A DNA stretch of 27,651 bases from IMG/VR virus record IMGVR_UViG_2663763171_000005; one strand, given 5' to 3'. The DNA comes from a virus (taxonomy: Duplodnaviria; Heunggongvirae; Uroviricota; Caudoviricetes). Positions 18,828 through 27,651 of the stretch are shown here, piece after piece; position 1 is the stretch's first letter, and each line of letters begins with the position of its first letter. The notes under the pieces are model-generated. The model had not been told where the DNA came from and did not search any database. It saw nothing but the letters and a program-made list of their open reading frames with translations. Both the position numbers and the translations under genes were made by a program.

Positions 18828-19571
18828 ATGACACAGACAGAATCAGCGATTCTGGCGCACGCCCGGCGATGTGCGCCAGCGGAGTCGTGCGGCTTCGTGG
18901 TGAGAACACCGGAGGGGGAAAGATATTTTCCCTGCGTGAATATTTCCGGTGAGCCGGAGGAGTATTTCCGGATGGCTCCGGAGGACTGGCTGCAGGCAGA
19001 GATGCAGGGTGAGATTGTGGCGCTGGTCCACAGCCACCCCGGTGGTCTGCCCTGGCTGAGTGAGGCCGACCGGCGGCTGCAGGTGCAGAGTGATTTGTCG
19101 TGGTGGCTGGTCTGCCGCGGGGCGATTCACAAGTTCCGCTGTGTGCCGCATCTCACCGGGCGGCGCTTTGAGCACGGGGTGACGGACTGTTACACGCTGT
19201 TCCGGGACGCTTACCATCTGGCGGGAATTGAGATGCCAGATTTTCATCGTGAGGACGACTGGTGGCGTAATGGTCAGAATCTCTATCTGGATAATCTGGA
19301 GGCTACAGGGCTGTATCAGGTGCCGTTGTCAACGGCGCAGCCGGGCGATGTGCTGCTGTGCTGTTTTGGTTCATCGGTGCCGAATCATGCCGCCATTTAC
19401 TGTGGTGACGGCGAGCTGCTGCACCATATTCCTGAACAACTGAGTAAACGAGAGAGGTACACCGACAAATGGCAGCGACGCACACACTCCCTCTGGCGTC
19501 ACCGGGCATGGCACGCATCTGCCTTTACGGGGATTTGCAGCGATTTGGCCGCCGCATCGACCTTCGTGTGA
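18828..19571 (+). CDS. K: Tail tip assembly protein K (JAMM/MPN-like plus NlpC/P60-like domains)
   Basis: 247-aa ORF starting 6 nt after the L stop. Contains a JAMM-type motif HSHPGGLPWLSEAD (HxH-x7-S-xx-D) and a downstream Cys/His pair (DCYTLF...HAAIY). Overlaps gene I by 103 nt in another frame. Confidence 0.9.
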   Translation: MTQTESAILAHARRCAPAESCGFVVRTPEGERYFPCVNISGEPEEYFRMAPEDWLQAEMQGEIVALVHSHPGGLPWLSEADRRLQVQSDLSWWLVCRGAIHKFRCVPHLTGRRFEHGVTDCYTLFRDAYHLAGIEMPDFHREDDWWRNGQNLYLDNLEATGLYQVPLSTAQPGDVLLCCFGSSVPNHAAIYCGDGELLHHIPEQLSKRERYTDKWQRRTHSLWRHRAWHASAFTGICSDLAAASTFV

Positions 19572-20116
19572 AAACGGGGGCCGAAGCCATCCGGGCACTG
19601 GCCACACAGCTCCCGGCATTTCGTCAGAAACTGAGCGACGGCTGGTATCAGGTGCGCATTGCCGGGCGTGATGCAGGCGAAAATGAATTATCTGCCCGTC
19701 TTAATGAACCGCTGGCAAATGGTGCCGTGATCCACATCGTTCCGCGTCTGGCGGGTGCCAAAAGTGGCGGTGTGTTTCAGGCGGTGCTGGGTGCGGCGCT
19801 GATTGCGGTGGCATGGTGGAACCCTGTGGGCTGGCTGGGGGCCGCGGCTGTATCGGGTATGTATGCAGCAGGGGCCAGTATGATCCTGGGTGGTGTGGCG
19901 CAGATGCTGGCACCGAAAGCCAGGACGCCCACGGCAGCCAGTACAGATAACGGCAAACAGAACACGTATTTCTCGTCACTGGATAACATGGTTGCCCAGG
20001 GTAATGTTCTGCCTGTTCTGTACGGGGAAATGCGCGTGGGGTCACGTGTGGTTTCTCAGGAGATCAGCACGGCAGACGAAGGGGATGGTGGTCAGGTTGT
20101 GGTGATTGGTCGCTGA
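19469..20116 (+). CDS. I: Tail tip assembly protein I
   Basis: 215-aa translation MAATHTLPLASPGMARICLYGDLQRFGRRIDLRVKTGAEAIRALATQLPAFRQKL... is lambda gpI-like, with a hydrophobic Gly/Ala-rich middle and a conserved C-terminus ...VLPVLYGEMRVGSRVVSQEISTADEGDGGQVVVIGR. Confidence 0.9.
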   Translation: MAATHTLPLASPGMARICLYGDLQRFGRRIDLRVKTGAEAIRALATQLPAFRQKLSDGWYQVRIAGRDAGENELSARLNEPLANGAVIHIVPRLAGAKSGGVFQAVLGAALIAVAWWNPVGWLGAAAVSGMYAAGASMILGGVAQMLAPKARTPTAASTDNGKQNTYFSSLDNMVAQGNVLPVLYGEMRVGSRVVSQEISTADEGDGGQVVVIGR

Positions 20117-20135
20117 TGCAAAATGTTTTATGAGA

Positions 20136-20160
20136 AACCGCCTGCGGGCGGTTTTGTCGT
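20136..20160 (+). terminator. Weak terminator-like hairpin between I and J
   Basis: AACCGCC-TGCG-GGCGGTT stem-loop followed by TTGTCGTTT. The U-tract is interrupted, so this may be an attenuator or mRNA structure rather than a terminator. Confidence 0.3.
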
Positions 20161-20176
20161 TTATGGAGCGTGAGGA

Positions 20177-24873
<4,697 letters not shown>

Positions 24874-24891
24874 ATTTTATAACCCATAACG

Positions 24892-24917
24892 GGCGTCAGA
24901 AATGACGCCTTTTTTAT
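24892..24917 (+). terminator. Intrinsic terminator after J
   Basis: GGCGTCA-GAAA-TGACGCC (perfect 7-bp stem) followed by TTTTTTATT. Confidence 0.75.
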
Positions 24918-24939
24918 TGCAGAAAAGCGAGAGGTAATT

Positions 24940-25539
24940 ATGCGTAAACTTTATGCCGCCATTTTGTCCGCAGCCATTTGTCTGGCCGTATCCGGTACGC
25001 CTGCATGGGCGTCTGAACATCAGTCCACGCTGAGCGCGGGGTATCTTCATGTCTCGACGAACGTTCCCGGCAGCGATGATCTGAACGGGATTAACGTGAA
25101 ATACCGTTATGAGTTTACGGACACACTGGGGATGGTGACGTCTTTCAGCTATGCAGGAGACAAGAATCGCCAGCTTACCCGTTACAGCGATACCCGCTGG
25201 CATGAAGATTCCGTTCGTAACCGCTGGTTCAGCGTAATGGCGGGGCCCTCTGTGCGCGTGAATGAATGGTTCAGTGCGTATGCGATGGCGGGCGTGGCTT
25301 ACAGCCGTGTGTCGACTTTTTCCGGGGATTATCTCCGCGTAACTGACAACAAGGGGAAAACGCATGATGTGCTGACCGGAAGTGATGACGGTCGCCACAG
25401 CAACACGTCTCTGGCGTGGGGGGCTGGCGTGCAGTTTAACCCGACCGAATCCGTGGCCATTGATATTGCTTATGAAGGTTCCGGCAGTGGTGACTGGCGC
25501 ACTGACGGTTTCATCGTGGGTGTCGGTTATAAGTTCTGA
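24940..25539 (+). CDS. lom: Outer membrane protein Lom (Ail/Lom/PagC family beta-barrel)
   Basis: 199-aa ORF with a signal peptide ([24 protein letters not shown]) and a C-terminal aromatic residue (...GVGYKF), typical of outer membrane beta-barrels. Sits at the lambda lom position between J and stf. SD GAGAGG lies 5 nt upstream. Confidence 0.92.
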   Translation: MRKLYAAILSAAICLAVSGTPAWASEHQSTLSAGYLHVSTNVPGSDDLNGINVKYRYEFTDTLGMVTSFSYAGDKNRQLTRYSDTRWHEDSVRNRWFSVMAGPSVRVNEWFSAYAMAGVAYSRVSTFSGDYLRVTDNKGKTHDVLTGSDDGRHSNTSLAWGAGVQFNPTESVAIDIAYEGSGSGDWRTDGFIVGVGYKF

Positions 25540-25565
25540 TTAGCCAGGTAACACAGTGTTATGAC

Positions 25566-25593
25566 AGCCCGCCGTTTCAGGCGGGCTTTTTTG
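25566..25593 (+). terminator. Intrinsic terminator after lom
   Basis: AGCCCGCC-GTTTCA-GGCGGGCT (8-bp stem) followed by TTTTTTG. Confidence 0.75.
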
Positions 25594-25603
25594 TGGGGTG
25601 AAT

Positions 25604-27651
25604 ATGGCAGTAAAGATTTCAGGTGTACTGAAAGACGGCACAGGAAAACCGGTACAGAACTGCACAATCCAGCTGAAAGCAAAACGTAACAGCACCACGG
25701 TGGTGGTGAACACGCTGGCATCTGAAAATCCGGATGAAGCCGGGCGTTACAGTATGGACGTTGAGTACGGTCAGTACAGCGTTATTCTGTTGGTGGAGGG
25801 ATTCCCGCCGTCACATGCCGGGACCATCACCGTGTATGAAGATTCTCAACCCGGTACGCTGAATGATTTTCTTGGTGCCATGACTGAGGATGATGTCCGT
25901 CCGGAGGCACTGCGCCGTTTTGAGCTGATGGTGGAAGAGGTGGCGCGTAACGCGTCCGCGGTGGCACAGAACACGGCAGCCGCGAAGAAGTCAGCCAGCG
26001 ATGCCAGCACATCAGCCCGTGAGGCGGCAACCCATGCGACTGATGCTGCGGACTCCGCACGCGCAGCCAGCACGTCAGCCGGACAGGCCGCGTCGTCGGC
26101 TCAGTCAGCGTCTTCCAGCGCAGTAACGGCATCAACAAAGGCCACTGAAGCATCAAAAAGTGCTGCCGCTGCAGAGTCCTCAAAAAGCGCGGCGGCCACC
26201 AGTGCCGGTGCGGCGAAAACGTCAGAAACGAATGCTTCAGCGTCACAACAATCAGCCGCCACTTCTGCATCCACCGCGACCACGAAAGCGTCAGAAGCTG
26301 CCACCTCAGCCAGAGATGCGTCGGCTTCAAAAGAGGCGGCAAAATCATCAGAAACGAGCGCAGCCTCGAGCGCCAGTAGTGCAGCCTCCTCGGCAACAGC
26401 GGCAGGCAATTCCGCGAAGGCGGCAAAAACGTCCGAGACGAACGCTAAGTCTTCTGAGACGGCAGCAGCACAGAGTGCCTCCGCAGCAGCAGACTCAAAA
26501 ACAGCGGCTGCCTCATCTGCCAGCGCCGCGTCAACAAATGCCGGGCAGGCCTCAGCCAGTGCCACCGCTGCCGGAAAGTCGGCAGAAAGCGCCGCATCAT
26601 CCGCTTCAACAGCCACAACGAAGGCTGGCGAAGCCACTGAACAGGCCACGGCAGCAGCGAGGTCAGCTTCCGCAGCGAAGACATCCGAAACGAACGCGAA
26701 AGCGTCGGAAACCAGCGCAGAATCCTCAAAAACGGCTGCCGCATCGTCAGCCAGTTCGGCGGCGTCATCGGCATCATCGGCGTCTGCTTCAAAAGATGAG
26801 GCGACCAGACAAGCGTCAGCAGCGAAGGGCAGCGCCACGACGGCATCCACGAAGGCGACAGAGGCAGCTGGCAGTGCGACGGCGGCAGCTCAGAGCAAAA
26901 GTACGGCGGAATCCGCGGCAACGCGCGCCGAGACAGCAGCAAAACGGGCAGAGGATATTGCATCCGCCGTGGCGCTTGAGGATGCGAGCACGACGAAAAA
27001 GGGGATAGTACAGCTCAGCAGTGCGACTAACAGCACTTCCGAGTCACTGGCGGCAACGCCAAAAGCCGTTAAGGCCGCGTATGACCTGGCTAGCGGGAAA
27101 TATACCGCTCAGGACGCTACGACAGCACAAAAAGGAATTGTCCAGCTCAGTAGTGCAACCAACAGCGCATCTGAAACGCTTGCTGCGACACCGAAAGCAG
27201 TGAAAGCAGCTAATGACAATGCGAATGGTCGGGTACCTTCTGCCCGTAAGGTGAATGGTAAGGCGCTTTCAGCGGATATAACACTGACACCGAAAGATAT
27301 TGGTACGCTTAACTCAACAACTATGTCATTTAGCGGTGGTGCTGGTTGGTTCAAATTAGCAACGGTAACCATGCCGCAGGCGAGTTCTGTTGTTTCAATT
27401 ACGTTGATTGGTGGGGCTGGATATAACGTCGGTTCACCTCAACAGGCAGGTATATCTGAACTTGTTTTGCGTGCAGGTAATGGTAACCCGAAGGGGATTA
27501 CTGGTGCTTTATGGCAGCGCACTTCGGCAGGGTTTACAAATTTTGCCTGGGTCAATACATCTGGTGATACTTACGATATTTACGTTGCAATCGGAAATTA
27601 TGCGACTGGTGTAAATATTCAATGGGATTATACCAGTAATGCCAGCGTGAC
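25604..27651 (+). CDS. stf: Side tail fibre protein Stf, 5' portion (3' end lies beyond the window)
   Basis: ATG 25604 follows GTGGGGTG. Translation MAVKISGVLKDGTGKPVQNCTIQLKAKRNSTTVVVNTLASENPDEAGRYSMDVEYGQYSVILL... then a long Ala/Ser/Thr-rich repeat region, then ...KVNGKALSADITLTPKDIGTLNSTTMSFSGGAGWFKLATVTMPQASSVVSITLIGGAGYNVGSPQQAGISELVLRAGNGNPKGITGALWQR..., matching lambda Stf and K-12 StfR as I recall them. No stop in frame before the window end. Confidence 0.92.
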   Translation, partial: MAVKISGVLKDGTGKPVQNCTIQLKAKRNSTTVVVNTLASENPDEAGRYSMDVEYGQYSVILLVEGFPPSHAGTITVYEDSQPGTLNDFLGAMTEDDVRPEALRRFELMVEEVARNASAVAQNTAAAKKSASDASTSAREAATHATDAADSARAASTSAGQAASSAQSASSSAVTASTKATEASKSAAAAESSKSAAATSAGAAKTSETNASASQQSAATSASTATTKASEAATSARDASASKEAAKSSETSAASSASSAASSATAAGNSAKAAKTSETNAKSSETAAAQSASAAADSKTAAASSASAASTNAGQASASATAAGKSAESAASSASTATTKAGEATEQATAAARSASAAKTSETNAKASETSAESSKTAAASSASSAASSASSASASKDEATRQASAAKGSATTASTKATEAAGSATAAAQSKSTAESAATRAETAAKRAEDIASAVALEDASTTKKGIVQLSSATNSTSESLAATPKAVKAAYDLASGKYTAQDATTAQKGIVQLSSATNSASETLAATPKAVKAANDNANGRVPSARKVNGKALSADITLTPKDIGTLNSTTMSFSGGAGWFKLATVTMPQASSVVSITLIGGAGYNVGSPQQAGISELVLRAGNGNPKGITGALWQRTSAGFTNFAWVNTSGDTYDIYVAIGNYATGVNIQWDYTSNASV

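Noticed and set aside
24877-25398. 173-aa minus-strand ORF overlapping lom
   Set aside because: It is antisense to the Lom coding sequence, which has a signal peptide, beta-barrel character and flanking terminators. It has no start context of its own.
25827-27372. Alternative-frame and antisense ORFs over the stf repeat region (e.g. + 26160..27008 Arg/Pro/Gln-rich; - 26101..26850 Ala/Asp-rich; - 25827..26426; - 26445..26963)
   Set aside because: They are produced by the GC-rich Ala/Ser codon repeats of stf read in other frames. The in-frame stf translation matches lambda Stf and K-12 StfR-like sequence, so these are artefacts.

Overview
This window is the late (morphogenesis) region of a lambdoid prophage from an enterobacterial host, most likely E. 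coli, and strongly resembles an intact version of the Rac prophage, which is degraded in E. coli K-12. Every credible gene lies on the + strand as one tightly packed late operon. From 5' to 3': the C-terminal ends of the spanin pair Rz/Rz1 (window starts inside them); an AT-rich cargo gene for the K+ transporter TrkG; a ParB-like nuclease-domain protein and an uncharacterised 310-aa protein with DxD-like motifs; small and large terminase, portal, MuF-like head morphogenesis protein, scaffold and major capsid; head-tail joining proteins, major tail protein, a tail assembly chaperone pair with an A-AAA-AAG -1 frameshift site, and a 1077-aa tape measure protein; then a lambda-like tail tip block M-L-K-I-J, lom, and the 5' part of the side tail fibre gene stf running off the window end. 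The most striking feature is a non-identical 1,298-bp tandem duplication inside J that breaks its reading frame. Other points of interest are the ParB-like/DxD-protein pair ahead of the terminase, the trkG moron, and several intrinsic-terminator-like hairpins inside and around the operon. All calls come from reading the sequence and ORF translations and from recalled similarity to lambda and K-12 proteins; no database search was run. No tRNA, rRNA, CRISPR array or IS element was recognised.
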